A stretch of 64,000 nt of DNA, taken from positions 10,232,001-10,296,000 of the forward strand of contig CM075988.1 in assembly GCA_038087875.1 (NCBI GenBank), given 5' to 3'. Origin of the DNA: Malacoraja senta (Eukaryota). The number at the start of each line of letters is the position of its first letter. The stretch's first letter is position 1. Of the stretch, positions 1 through 12,813 are shown piece after piece. The position numbers and the translations under genes were made by a program. A model generated the notes under the pieces. It did not search any database and had not been told where the DNA came from. It saw only the letters and a list, made by a program, of their open reading frames with translations.

Positions 1-1928
1 CATGATAACAAAGAATGGATGTTGAATCTTAAGATTTTAATGATATAGTAGTCAGATTTGGGATGCCAGATACGACTTGTTTCCATCCAGACTCAATCAC
101 CAGTTAAAGAGATATGTGTTATGGGAACTACATCGGGAGACAGTAGCGATTGATGCTTTCTCGCTACATTAGGATGGTATGTTTTTATATGCATTTTCCA
201 TCAATAGTCTCATAAACCGGTGTCTGCTTAAAATGAAGCAGGATGCTGCCTCTGGGGTACTGGTGGTACCAGACTGGTCTACGCAGCCATGGTTCCCTTT
301 GATATTGGAATTAATGACACCGTTTCTGATAAAGGTTCCCAAAAGAAGGGATTTACTGGTGTATCTGATAATTGGAGAGTAACATCCGTTATATGCCTGT
401 ATGGATCTGTTAATTTGCAGGTTTTAAAAAGAGGATTGTCTGGGCATACTGTGGACATGCTTACAGCAGTCTGGCGGAAGAGCACTCAAAAGCACTACAT
501 TTGCGAATCTGAGGTTGTGACTCTGTAAATGCTGCTTTCCCATTATGTAAAGAATGGGAACATTTTCTGTGTACAAAAGAATATTGAATGTTGTACGGCA
601 CATGTCTCAAATGTCTTAGGTTTTCTCAACACTCTATTATGAGGGATTGAGTTATAGTGTGATTTATTCAGCCAGAAGTACATTGTCCTCGTTTTTTATT
701 GATGGGGTTGGAAAGACATCCTGTTGAGTCTCATTCTTTCGTTTCCAGATTAATGAAAGGAATTTTAATTCCAGACCTTCTAAACCTAGGTATGGCAATC
801 TGGAATATAAGAGTGGTTTTAAGCTACTTCATCAATGGACTCTTGGTATGATTCTGATTTTGGCCAAATTCAGCATGAAGGTAGTCATGCTTATGGCACT
901 TGTAACAAGCACAGAGAGTGCAGACATTACAAAAGTTACAGATACACAGGATGGAAGTACCTCAGGATAATGTTATGTTTTACATTTATGACCTACTCAA
1001 ATGAAGTAGGGTCAGGTGTGACAGGATTCAAGAGTGTTTTATTAGCATATTCCATGGATCCATGTCTATGTGTTAAGACATATTTGTTGCAATACATTGA
1101 GGCTACAAAGGTCTTACGAAATATGAAAACAAGATTGCTTATCATTCACGAAAAACCATACAAGATAGTGTCAGTTCAGACTATTTCAAGATGGTTAAAA
1201 CAAGTTTTGGTTGCTGCAGGTGTTAACAGTGATGTTTTTACATCCCATTCGATTTAGCAGCAACATTGGCGGCCAGGGCGAAGGACGTCCCGTCGACCAT
1301 ATTTTCGCAGCCGCCGGGTGATCTAATAAGTTGGTGTTTCAACACTTTTACCATCGGCCTATTGCCAATACGGGGCTGTTTGCAGATACTATATTAAGTT
1401 CTGCTTAAATTCCCCTAGGTTAAAGGGGAAACTGTTAATTATATTATTCAAATAAATGAATTACTGCATTTTTTCATGCAAATGTCATTATTAATGCATT
1501 ATTGATTATTTCTCGTTCCAAGTCAATCAATGCAGTGAGAAGCCGGGATTTGAATCTGCGGCATGAAATCACAAAGCTTTAAAGTCTTCACGTAGTCACT
1601 CACGTGACTCCGAAGTAAAATAGTAAGATTAAACGAGAACTTACCAGTTTGAAGTTTGATCTTTATTTTATGAGGAGTTACGTTGGTGATTACGTGCCCA
1701 CCACGCCCAACCCTCTTTCATAAAGGTCAGCTGGAAGTTCTAAAATTTACTCGTTTTTCCTATGTTACTATGTTACTTCGTTATTGGTGTTTTGTGATTT
1801 CACACCGCTGCTTTGAAGATTGACGCGCATGCGCCCTGACGGGTCTTCTTCACATAATCACCAACTTAACTCCTCATAAAATAAAGATCAAACTTCAAAC
1901 TGGTAAGTTCTCGTTTAATCTTACTATT
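1..1928 (+). mobile_element. DIRS-like tyrosine-recombinase retrotransposon, decayed 3' portion (truncated by window start)
   Basis: Broken frames give DIRS methyltransferase-like motifs (DAFSL...GVLVVPDWSTQPWFP, ~150-300) and YR motifs (TISRWLKQVLVAAGV..FTSHS, then AAG*SNKLVFQHFYHRPI, ~1180-1360). The element ends in a 78-bp inverted repeat (1619-1696 / 1851-1928). Confidence 0.85.
420..1408 (+). pseudogene. DIRS tyrosine recombinase, frameshifted and interrupted by stops
   Basis: ORF fragments 289-528 and 835-1257 plus the downstream frame carry the catalytic-region H...GW...FY motif. Multiple stops and indels; boundaries approximate. Confidence 0.75.
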
Positions 1929-2305
1929 AAACCTTATTTATTGTGCAAAAAAACAAAGTGCCTGGGAATGGGCAGATGATGTTTTGGGTCAGGAGCCTTC
2001 TTCAGGCTCACAGAGTTGGAGGGGGAGTTGGGGGGTGGGTATGAGGGGAGGATAAAGAGTTAAGGAAGGGAGAAGGCTGAGCAAGTGAAAGGTGGAAACA
2101 ATGAACGGCAGATGCCAGTTTACAAAAAAAAAAGACACAAAGTACTAGAGTAACTCAGTGGGTCAAGCAGCGTCTCTGGAGAACATGGATAACCTACCCT
2201 TGTTCTTCGGGGATGCAGCCTGATCCACTGAATTACTCCAGCACTTTGTGTCTTTTTGAGCGATAGGTGGATACAAGTGTGAGATGTGTGATGGGCAGAT
2301 GGGTG

Positions 2306-3043
2306 TGTAAATAACTCGTTCTAAGCTTCCCCCCAGTCTAGTTTCAGTCAAAAATCACTGAATCAAGCACTTGCGCATTTATACTTTATTTTGACAAAAC
2401 ATGATTACAGTTCCAACTACTGTACCTAACCACCGCGGGTTCGATCCCCGTATCAGCCTGATCAAGCCCTCTTGGCCTCGCCCAAACAGAGACACTCCAG
2501 AAGGTCACGCAGTCCTAAGCGTTCTCCCAGAAGATCGACGCAGGATCTCATGGCAGCAGACTTTTATAGGTCCCAGGAAGTCAAGGGGCCGAACCACATG
2601 GGGGTGGTCTCTTTACAATCCAATTACAGATATCGATTAACCCCATACATGACAGACATTTCCCTAACCCAATAATACAGTGGCTAATACATTGTATTCA
2701 AACGGTGTTTCTCAGAGGAAACGAACATCGCAACATGTGCCCTGATATGCAAGAAAACCAGACAAAGCTCAATACTTAATCCAAACAACATCCAGCAAAG
2801 TAAAGCTTTGCAACATTATTTACAATGTGTATGTCTGCTTTGCATTTATCCAATCCATTCTATGCATTTTGCACCTAATTGTCAGGGTCTGCAGATGTTC
2901 CCATTCTCTTTCTGCAGCTCTGATCTAGGCTCTAGACAAACTGGCACCATTTTGCAGCTTGTCCCATTTCTACAGAGAGCACTTTTAAATTGACCAAATG
3001 GCCTAGCAGCCCCGAAGCCTCTCCAATTTGGCCAGGATTAACA
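2306..3043 (-). mobile_element. Solo LTR (738 bp; ERV1- or Gypsy-type)
   Basis: TG...CA termini (tgtaaata...ttaaca). 4-bp TSD GGTG at 2302-2305 and 3044-3047. Minus-strand TATAAAA (~2562) lies upstream of AATAAA (~2384). It interrupts an older Penelope-derived remnant. Confidence 0.75.
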
Positions 3044-3249
3044 GGTGGACTAAACAACGCTCGCCTTCAACAGAGGCGAGAGTTGAAATGGACACAAATG
3101 GTTGTCAGGTAAGGAGTGAAGAGTGCAAAGTAAAGATGGAGGGAGAAAAATGGAAAAGGATGGGGGGAAAAGCAGGGGATAAAGTGAAAACATGGGACTC
3201 GGGATGGAAAGTGAGCATATGGAGAAGGGGAAAGGAGCATTGATAAGGG

Positions 3250-3500
3250 TGGTGGGAGATAATGGAAGAAAGGTGTATGGTCTAGAGTGCGGCAGTGGAA
3301 AGGGATCGAGGTGGAGAGGGGATTTCTTGAAATTTGCAAATCCAATGTTCCTACCATTGTGTTGGAGCTACCCAAGTGGATTATGAGGTATTGTCCTTCC
3401 AATTTGCCTGTGGTCTGACTATGTCTATGGAGGAACCCAAGGACAGAAAGGTTGGTTTGGGAGTGGGAAAGAGAGTTAAAATGGTTCACAACCAGAAGCT
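3250..3500 (-). mobile_element. Degenerate Penelope-like element, GIY-YIG C-terminal remnant
   Basis: Minus-strand KLEGQYLIIHLGS resembles the KLEEHHLIFRL tail of the better-preserved copy at ~8935-8965. Confidence 0.6.
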
Positions 3501-6464
3501 CTGGCCTGCCTTGGGGGACAAAGAATTATTTCATTATGAATTATTTAAAGGTCACAGGTCTCACAGTGGCAGCAACGAGTCTGTTGCATTGCATTTCTTC
3601 ATTGGTCAACAAAACATTTTAGCACAGTTTTAGATGGATCCTCTGCAAGATACCCTTCCAACGTTGTTTTTCAATGGCAGAATTTTAGGAAAAATTAGAA
3701 CACCTCTTGATGCCAACACCTCTCTTTCACTAAGTCCAATATAGTAGTGGACTGCTCTTTATCCTCGAGCAAGGATTCAATTCATAGTCGGTCACCTCCT
3801 TACATTATTTCCAAGGGTATGACTTAACTTTTAACACCTTCCAAATCAGTCCCACACAAGCCCAAGTCCCCAGCTGCCTGTCGATTCAGGTCACATCTCA
3901 ACCTTCAACGTTGTCGTTCAAAATCCACATTTTCACTCTGCCTCCAGCAGTCCCACAGAACCATTCATGCACCAATTTATACAAGCTGTTCAAACCTGAA
4001 GTATATCATTCCCAAACCTCAGGGGGTTCCAACTTGTCACTGCAATCTGCTCCTTCAACATCTTCATCCAAGACCTACTACTCTCTGCGCTCAACTGTGT
4101 TAGTTCAAAGCAATGAATTATGTAAAGGTACTGTCAAGAACATATCCCAGTGGACCCATTGTTACACTTGTGTTTGGAACAAGGGTTTCCAAAGTTTTTT
4201 TTTAAACAGCAGTTAATTTGATAGATTTGTTAAGAAGGTAAGGAGAATGTAGCAGTACTTCAAAGAGAAGATCATGCATAAATTATTTGTAATATCATTT
4301 TCACATCCAACTTGCCTAAGTACATGCAGCTAATGTTACACAAAGTACCTTTTTAGAAAGTCCTTGAGTGAAGAGAAGAAAAAGGCCACAATTATAGTGG
4401 GTGGAATACAATTATTATCAACTCTGATTAATCTTGTCCGTGCTCTTTTAAGCTTGCACTCGTGTTTGATAGTGAAAAGTAATATCCTTTGAGGGTAGAT
4501 ATGTAGAAATTGTCATATTATTTGCATTTCCAAGTGACAGATCCAGTTTTATTTGAAATTCCAAATGAACTGATCAAAGTCGTCACTACAAAGCATCATT
4601 GAAGAGTTTAAAGGAGAACACTAAATCATCTTGTTCTGCGTATTTAATTCAGGAGGAGCCAACACAGATTATAGGTGCCGTTGGTGAACCTCTATCCTAC
4701 TGGGAATTGTTTGCTCAAATCTCCAGTGTGCTGGGAAAGAGATATCAAATTCATTACTGCTCTGTGGGGGAGGACTGCAGTTTAAGGTCCTTCCGCTGCT
4801 GCACATTGGGGGGCAGGGTCTGGTGCAGACGCCCCTCAAACAAAGGAAGGGATATCACTAAGTCAAGAGAAGAGAGAATCAAAGGGAAGGGAGACAAAGA
4901 AGGGATGAATGTTTTTTGTAACTTTTGTTGGTGCCTTTGTGGTGACTGTTGCGTACTTTGTATGCACAAACAAAGAATTTCACTGTACCTAGGAACAAGT
5001 GACAATAAAGTATCATCATCATCGTCACCCCAGGGGCCACATGAGTGGCAAGGGTACCTGGTATAATGATGTTTTTTTTCGAACATGACTAAATACAACG
5101 CTAATGAATGTATGCATAACCGTTGAGAATGTCGGAGGAATCTTGCACAATTCTTGTTTTGGATATATTTTTTATTCTGAGTAAAGTTTATGTTGGTTAA
5201 AAATGATTACAGTAGCAATTAGTTTATGGAACACTGAAGTGGCTGACCGTCGCTGAGCGAGGGCTTAATTCGTGAGATGAATGTGAAAGCCTTTGTTTAA
5301 TACCACACTACAACCATGCTTAGGCAACTTAAAATATATGCAGGCATGAGCTTTTAAATCAGTTACCATGCTTTCATAATGAAGGATGCAAAGGCCTCTT
5401 AAATAAAAAGACTCAAAGAACAGATGTTGATCTGACCATCAATTTTCCCTCAACTCATCACCTCTACATATTGTACTTTTATTATTCCACTTCAATTGGT
5501 GGGATTTTGTTGTAGATTGTGTAAAACATATGGATAGAATTCATAATATATTGTGAAAGCATAATTTATAATCAATTATAGTCATTAGACTTCACTATAA
5601 TTCCTTGAAACATTCGAATGGTAAATGAACGAATAACATTTAATATTTTTGTGAACAGTCCGGCTGAAGATTAAATACTTTTGCACTGATAACTAATGCT
5701 TCCACTTGTCAGCCAACATCAAAGACAAATTCAGGCAACTAACAGATGTAAAGACATTGTATTTAACGGCATAGCTCCTAAGAGCTGAATAACATGATAA
5801 ATGACCAATCCTTTTCTGGTGTTCAGGAAAGAACTGCAGATGCTGGTTTACACTGAAGATGGACACAAAATGTTGGAGTAACTCAGCGGGTCAGGCAGTC
5901 TGGTATGATCCATCTGCCACTGCCTGAATCAGACCGAGGTTTTTGTAAAGAATCTTTTTATTCTTCAACAACAAATATGAAACCAGAGATACTCGAGGAA
6001 CTGCAGATGCTGGAATCATGAGCAAAATGCAAAAGTGCTGGAGTAACCCAGCAGGTCAGGTAGCATTGATGGAGGGAATGGACAGATGGCGTTTTGGGTT
6101 GGGACCCTTCTGCAGACTGATTATTCAGAGATGGTAGAAAGCCAGCAGGACTCCAGGATGAGGAGGAATGTTGAAGACAGGAAGAGTGGGGGGGGGGGTT
6201 CAGAGAGGATAGAAGGGCAGCAAGCGGAGTTCAAGAGGAGTTGAAATACCTGAAAGGAGAAGATAATGAGCTCACATGCTTAGAAAAATCAGAAGGATTT
6301 ATTCTTTGGAGGAGAATATCCCCTCATTTTTTTTACATAACTATTATTCAACAAAGTATTGTGAATTTATAAACTACAGAAAAAGTCCACCATTCCAAGC
6401 ATTTTCAAATCGGGCTTCACAGCACATAATCCAAATTTACACGGTAGAATGTTTAGGACAGAAC

Positions 6465-6770
6465 TGTGGTACAGTGGTAGAGTTGGTGCCTTACAGCGCC
6501 AGAGACCTGGATTCGATCCTGACCATGGGTGCTGCCTATATGGATATTGTACATTCTCCCTGTGACTGTGTGGGTTTTCTCCAGGCCGCACTGGTTTCCT
6601 CCCACATTACAAAGATGTGCAGCTTTGTAGGTTAATTGATCTGTAAAAATTGTCGCTAATATGTTGGCTAGATCTAGTGTACGGGATGATAATTGGTCGG
6701 TATCAACTCGGTGGGCCAAAGGGCCTATTCCCAAGCTGTATCTCTGAACTAAAGTGGTAAAGTAAAGTGA
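6465..6770 (+). mobile_element. tRNA-derived V-domain SINE (HE1-like)
   Basis: Box A/B-like head (gtggtacagtggtag...gattcgatcc), V-domain (ttctccctgtgactgtgtgggtttt...cccaca) and CR1-like tail gggccaaagggcc...gctgtatctct. Confidence 0.8.
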
Positions 6771-7282
6771 AGTGAAGTAACCGTTCAATGACTTAAGTCT
6801 TTCCAGGACTTCCCAGGTAGATTTCAAGAAGTTTAAAGGTATTTTCAGAGCCCTACAATGCCTTTGCAGCAACTCTTGCATTAATATATCGCTCAATTGA
6901 CTTTATATCAAAATTAAAACAATGCTGTCTTTTGCAGCTAAAGGCAAAAGCTTCAGAATTTAGTCTTTGATTCAGCCAAGTGATATTTAGTTGGAAATTT
7001 ACAAAAGGAAATGCAAATAAATCTGAAGGAGTACTTTGATGAAATTGCTTCCATAAATCAAAGGGATTGTTCAAATGAAATTGTATGCTGTGACATACAG
7101 TGAGACTGGTAAAAGCCTTCAGCTTGTACACATCAATAAATATATGAGGAAGAAGCCTGGAAAGATTGGAAAGTGGAAGATATATGCGGCATTTGTAATT
7201 GTGACCATCTTTAAGAAAGGAGACAAGTGTGATTGTGCTAACCTCAAAGACACAAGAAACTGCATGTCCTGGATTAGCTTTT

Positions 7283-7562
7283 AGTTTTAGTTTTGGATTT
7301 AGAGATACAGTGTGGAAACAGGCCCTTTGGCCCACCGAGTCGATGCAGACCAACGGTCACGAGTACACCTACACGAGTTCATGTAAACAAGTTCGATCCT
7401 TCACACTAGGGACAATTTACAGAGGCCAATTAACCTACAAACCTGCATGTCTTTGGAATGTGGGAGTAAACTGGGGAAAATCCATGCGGTTACAGCACCT
7501 GAGGTCATGATTGAACCTGGGTCTCTGGTGCTGTAAGGCAGCAACTCTACCACTGTGCCACC
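7283..7562 (-). mobile_element. HE1-like V-SINE, partly deleted
   Basis: Reverse complement of the SINE head and tail, with (ctaaa)n tail. Confidence 0.75.
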
Positions 7563-7629
7563 TTAATGCCAAGATCTCCTTACTTATGACAACTTATCTC
7601 CTCTGCCTGCACATGATACATATATATAT

Positions 7630-8160
7630 TTCATAGTCATAGAGTGATACGGTGTAGAAACAGGCTCTTCGGCCCAAATTGCCCACACCGGCCAACATGT
7701 CCCAGTTGCACTAGTCCCACCTGCTCGCATTTGGTCCACATCCCTGCAAACCTGTCCTATCCATGTACCTGTCTAACTGTCTGTTAAATGTTGGGATAGT
7801 CACTGCCTCAACTACATCCTCTGGCAGCTTGTTCCCTTTCCTGCTTATCTATATGCCCACATGGGGGAGTGGGAAACTAGAAAGCACTGGTTTAAGATGA
7901 GAGAGGAAAGAGTTAAAAGGGACTTGATTGGCAACTTTTTCCACACAGAAGACAGAGTGTATTTGGAACAAGCTGCCAGAGGAATTGATAGAGGCTGGTA
8001 CAATGTTGACATTTTAAAGACATATGGACAGGTGCATGGATAGGAAATGTTTGGAGAGATATGGAGCAGGCACAGGCAAGTGGAACTAGTTTGATTAAGT
8101 GACTCTGTAGGCATGGATGAGTTGAGCTGAAAGGCTTGTTTCTCTATAGTCTATGTCTCT
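7630..8160. mobile_element. Two CR1/HER1-like LINE 3' fragments in opposite orientation
   Basis: Minus fragment 7630-7835 with (ctatga)-type tail. Plus fragment 7860-8160 encoding ETRKHWFKMR...GNFFHT, a CR1 ORF2 C-terminus. Confidence 0.7.
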
Positions 8161-8186
8161 ATATCTCTATGAATCATACAGCATTA

Positions 8187-9366
8187 CGGGCGGCACAGTG
8201 ACGCAGCGGTAGAGTTGCTGCCTTACAGTGCTTGCAGCACCAGAGACCCGGGTTCGATCCCAACTATGGGTGCTGTCTGTACAGAGTTTGTACGTTCCCC
8301 CCGTGACCGCGTGGGTTTTCTCCGAGATCTTCGGTTTCCTCCCACACTCCAAAGACGCACAGGTTTGTAGGTTAATTGGCTTGGTGTATGTGTAAATTGT
8401 CCCTAGTGTGTGTAGGATGGTGTTAATGTGTGGGGATCGCTGGTCAGCATATAATCCTCCAACATTTTCGCCACCTCCAATGGGATCCCACTACTGGCCA
8501 CATTTTCCAAACTCCACCCCTTTCTGCTTTCCGCAGAGACTGTTCAATCCGAAACTCCCTGGTCAACTCGTCCCTTCCCACCCAAACCACCCCCTCCCCA
8601 GGTACGTTCCCCTGCACCTGCATGAGATGCAACACCTGTCCCTTTACCTCCCACCTCTACTCCATCCAAGGACCCAAACAGTCTTTCCAGGTGAGGCAGA
8701 GGTTCACTTGCACCTCCTCCAACCTCATCTACTGTATCAGCTGTTCCAGGTGTCAACTTCTCTACCTCGGCGAGACCAAGCGCAGGCTCGGCGATCGTTT
8801 CGCTGAGCACCTCCACTCAGTCTGTCTTAACTAACCTGATCTCCCGGTTGCTCAGCACTTCAACTCCCCCTCCCATTCTCTATGTGACCTTTCTGTCCTG
8901 GGCCTCCCCCATTGTCAGAGTGAGGGCCAGCACAAATTGGAGGAACACCACCTCATATTTCGCTTGGATAGTCTACACCTCAGCGGTATGAACATTGTCT
9001 TCTCTAACTTCAATTAGCCCTTCCTTTCCTCTCTATCCCCTCCCCCTTCCCAGTTCTCCCACCAGTCTTACTGTCTCCGATTGCATTCTATCTTTGTCCC
9101 ATCCACTCCCCTGACATCAGTCTGAAGAAAGGTCTCGACCCGAAACGTCACCCATTCCTTCTCTCCAGAGGTGCTGCCTGTCCCGCAGAATTACTCCAGC
9201 ATTTTGTGTCTACCTCAGATATGTGGGTTAATGGGCTTGGCAAATGTAAAATTGTCCTTAGTGTGTGCCGGATAGTGTTAATGTGTGGGGATCGCTGGTC
9301 GGCACGGACCCATTGGGCCGAAGGACCTGTTTCCATGCTGTATCTCTAAACCAAACTAAACTAAAC
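8187..9366 (+). mobile_element. HE1-like V-SINE sequence flanking a Penelope insertion
   Basis: SINE head and V-domain at 8187-8449; SINE 3' part resumes at ~9219-9366 with (ctaaa)n tail. Confidence 0.75.
8450..9213 (+). mobile_element. Penelope-like element 3' fragment: Zn-knuckle plus GIY-YIG endonuclease and terminal repeat
   Basis: ORF 8430-8834 reads PCTCMRCNTCP...FTCTSSNLIYCISCSRCQLLYLGETKRRLGDRFAEH (GIY-YIG) and has a premature stop at 8832-8834. The terminal segment carries the CTGAAGA...GAAACGTC motif at 9122-9149. Confidence 0.88.
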
Positions 9367-10277
9367 CACTAATACTCCAGCTCACCCATGAAATGGTATG
9401 GACTTCTTTGACTCCATTTATCTGGAGCATGTGGAAGCCCTGTGCTAACAACAGAAGGAGTACAACACCTTTCAAACCATGAACTTCATCTTTTCCATCA
9501 GGACCTCCTATCCCAACGTGTGGAAGAGAATGGCGTTCCGCCATCGGTCATGTTTACCATCACTGAATCCACAAAACTGTAATGGAAGCAAGTCCTCCTA
9601 AATCCCGAGGGACCGCTTAAGAAGAATAAGAGCAAAATAATTAGCGAGATATCCTGCATGTGTGTTGAAAACCTGAATCCTCTCCACAAGGTTAATCAGC
9701 CTGCCACTGAAATTAATGAGAGAGTTCAACAAATTACTGGTGAAAATTCAATAATATTTAGCATAATGGTGATTCAGTTTATATTAATGGGCGGAGTGTT
9801 GAGTGCAGAAATTAGGCCGAAGGAAATGTTCTAACAAGAATATTTTAGATGTGACAGATGTGTTTTTTTTTGCTTCTCTTCCTGACAGACGATTATATAT
9901 TGCACCGGGTGCTGGTATTTCACTCACAGTTCATCCCACTGGAGGTGATCCAAGTTTGCAACCTGCTTCTTGTGAGGTCTCGTTCCATCGAATTAAACAT
10001 TAATAAGATTTATTTCCATTCACCTCCCATATAAAGCTCTGACATCTGCACAAGAGGCTATTTTTTTTAATGTGAAGTCAGATATTATTGAATATTACAT
10101 AAAACTATGAGCAAAATTTGTACTTGGCAGATCATTTGTTTGTTTGTTTATTATTGTCACCCATACCGAGATACTGTGAAAGATTTTATTTGCACACTAT
10201 CCAGTAAAAAAAAAGGCAATACCTTCAAATAGCCCTTCCGTGAATATAATCAAACTGCCCACAAAGCAAAGATAAAG

Positions 10278-10490
10278 GATAGACACCAAATGCTGGAGTA
10301 ACGTAGTGGACTAGCAGCATCTCTGGAGAATAGGAATATGTGGCATTTTGGGTCGAGATTCTGAAGAAGGGCCTTGACTCTAAACGTCACCTATTTTCTT
10401 TTCTCCAGAGATGTTGTCTGACGTGCTGAGTTACTCCAGAATTTTGTGTCTATGTTCGATGTAAACCAGTATCTGCAATTCCTTCCCTCA
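10278..10490. mobile_element. Palindromic short Penelope-terminus derivative
   Basis: Two inverted copies of the tgctggagtaactcag...tctggaga arm around a degenerate ctgaagaagg core. Confidence 0.7.
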
Positions 10491-11498
10491 CAAGGATAAA
10501 TGGTACAACCTTCAGTGCAAAATAAGTCCGGTAATGTTGGGCTAAAGAAAGTTCAAAGGTCCACACTGAGGTGGATGTGAGGGCTGTGCAGTTGCCTGAT
10601 AATAGCTGGGAAGAAACTGTTCCTGAATCTGGAGGTATGTGTTTTTCAAACTTTCAAACAAAAATACATTGCACTGAACTATGAGCTGCCTTTCAAGCCG
10701 TACGTCTTATCCATCAAGATTGTCCATTCCCATTTGGGAGCTATTGAGGAACATTTGATTCAGACTGCTACAATATGAAGACTGCAGGTTTATACGCTTA
10801 AAGGTTTCTGTGTGCTAAACAAATATCAGGGAGCAAAGTATTTACTTTGACTGAGAGTCTCATCGTCTAACCTCTTCCTAAGCTATGATCCCTCCCAAGG
10901 TGGACATTGACCTATGAGTAAAAATACCAAACCGAATTTGTCACGATTGTTCTCACTTTCAGGATGTCTGATCCATTATGTCACCATTCTAGAATGAAAA
11001 ATAGCACGAAGGTTTTAATGAGTTCGGTAAAACTTCATTCTCAGAGATTATATTTAAAATAAAATAATGCAACAGCTTGTAAAAAGAAAAAGAAAAAGAG
11101 GAACTCTCAACATTGAATAAAACCATTAGCAAAAATAGTGCTTCGTAAATCATCCAAAACAGGGTGTTGACCAAACTAAGTGCTGTGTTTTAGGTCCAAC
11201 ATTCTATCCACAAGATTGCCTATTCCCATTGAAAACTATTGAGGGACATTTCAATTTTCTTTCTGCCAATGTAAGATCTGTACCTCACCCATTTGTAATT
11301 AACTTAAATTCCCATAAACCGCTCCCAGATGCTGAGATACTTGGGGCAACTTAGAGAACCCAGTTTACTTACTAACCCGCACATCTTTCAGATGTGGAAG
11401 GAAACCAAAGCAACTGGAGGAAACCCATGAGGTCACAGGGAGAATGTGCAAACCCCACACAAATATGACCCGAGGTCAAGATTGACTTTGATGCGGCG

Positions 11499-12008
11499 AG
11501 ATCACAGCTCTACTGGATGCACCACTCTGCCATTCTATCTTTCCATTTCTCACGCACTTGATTGATTTGTTATTGAATTCATCCATTCCACTTCTTGCGC
11601 GTTTTTGACTTGCATGAATAATCCCAATTCTGAACATTTTAATTCAATGAAAAATCAAATTGTTGGTAATTAATCAAATCTGCCTGACAATGTTACACCA
11701 CACCCCACTCAGGTGTGGGTTATTCTCCTGTCAACTGGACCTGATGATCACATGGAGCAAGTTTAGTTTAGTTAAATTTAGAGATATAGCATGGACAATG
11801 GCTCTTCAGCCCACAAAATCCATGCCGACCATCGACCACTAGGTCTACATTATCCCATTCTCTTGTCCACACTTTACACATTAGTGGCAGTTTACAGAAG
11901 CCCGTGCAGCTAGATCACAGCTCTACTAGCTGCACCACTGCCATTCTATCTTTTCATTTCTCACGCAATTGATTGATTTATTACTGAATCCATCCATTCC
12001 ACTTCTTG
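11499..12008 (+). repeat. ~100-bp direct duplication (11499-11597 / 11912-12008)
   Basis: agatcacagctctact...catccattccacttcttg occurs twice with scattered mismatches. Confidence 0.8.
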
Positions 12009-12186
12009 TTTCCTCTGCACATTGGTTAAGACGATACAAAGTTTCCCACCTTTTCACACTGCAAATACGATATCTCTGATCCCACCTACTTCCAGTAACC
12101 CACAGGTAAAAGTCATCAACAACAAACAGTGGTGGTTCAGTTCAGTTTATTGTCACATGTACTGAGGTAGACTGAAAAGCTTTTGT

Positions 12187-12470
12187 AGCGGTGGAGCTGC
12201 TGCCTTACAGCGGCAGAGACCTGGGTTCGATCCTGACCATGGGTGCTGTCCGTACGGAGTTTGAATGTTCTACCTATGACTGTGTGTGTTTTCTCTGGGT
12301 GCTCAGGTTTCCGCCCACACTCCAAAGACATGCAGGTTTGTAGGTTAACTGGCTGTGGTAAAATTGCAAAATTGCCCATCGTGTGTAGGATCGTGTTAGT
12401 GTATGGGTGATCGCTGGTCGCAGACATGTTTCTGCGCTGTATCTCTAGATTCTAAAAGTCTGAAGTCTAA
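12187..12470 (+). mobile_element. HE1-like V-SINE, slightly 5'-truncated
   Basis: gcggtggagctgctgccttacag...ggttcgatcc head, V-domain and tail. Confidence 0.8.
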
Positions 12471-12584
12471 ATGAGTAACATCATTCAATTAGCTGCAAAT
12501 ATGATTTGTGAATAACAGGTACAGAATAATGCCACAAAAAAACATGTATCCCCCTCTGCCTGCCAAATACAAATCTTCAAATCA

Positions 12585-12813
12585 AAGATAGACACAAAAA
12601 GCTGGAATAACTCAGCAGGACAGACAGATCTTTGGAAAGAAGGAATGGGTGAGGTTTTGGGTCGAGACATTTATTCAGACTCGGCCTTCTTCAAACTCGA
12701 CCCAAAACGTCACCCATTCCTTCTCTCCAGAGATGCTGCCTGTCCTGCTGAGTGACTCCAGCATTTTATGTCTATCTTTCGTTTAAACCAGCATCTGCAG
12801 TTCCTTCCCACAC
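12585..12813. mobile_element. Palindromic short Penelope-terminus derivative
   Basis: Inverted arms aagatagacacaaaa... / ...ttttatgtctatctt. Confidence 0.7.

Noticed and set aside
2306..2824. Shorter LTR ending at ttatttaca (2824)
   Set aside because: No matching TSD there. The end at 3043 gives the GGTG TSD and restores the flanking repeat.
4599..5098. 155 aa and 114 aa ORFs as a host gene
   Set aside because: No recognisable homology, and the 3' half overlaps a Rex1-type 3' end remnant.
8187..8262. tRNA gene candidates (box A/B, ggttcgatcc)
   Set aside because: These are SINE heads that continue into the V-domain and LINE-like tail and lack a proper acceptor stem.
8366..9300. ~80-bp TSD around the Penelope fragment
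   Set aside because: The two SINE segments differ at many positions; they are more likely two SINE copies brought together by deletion or insertion.
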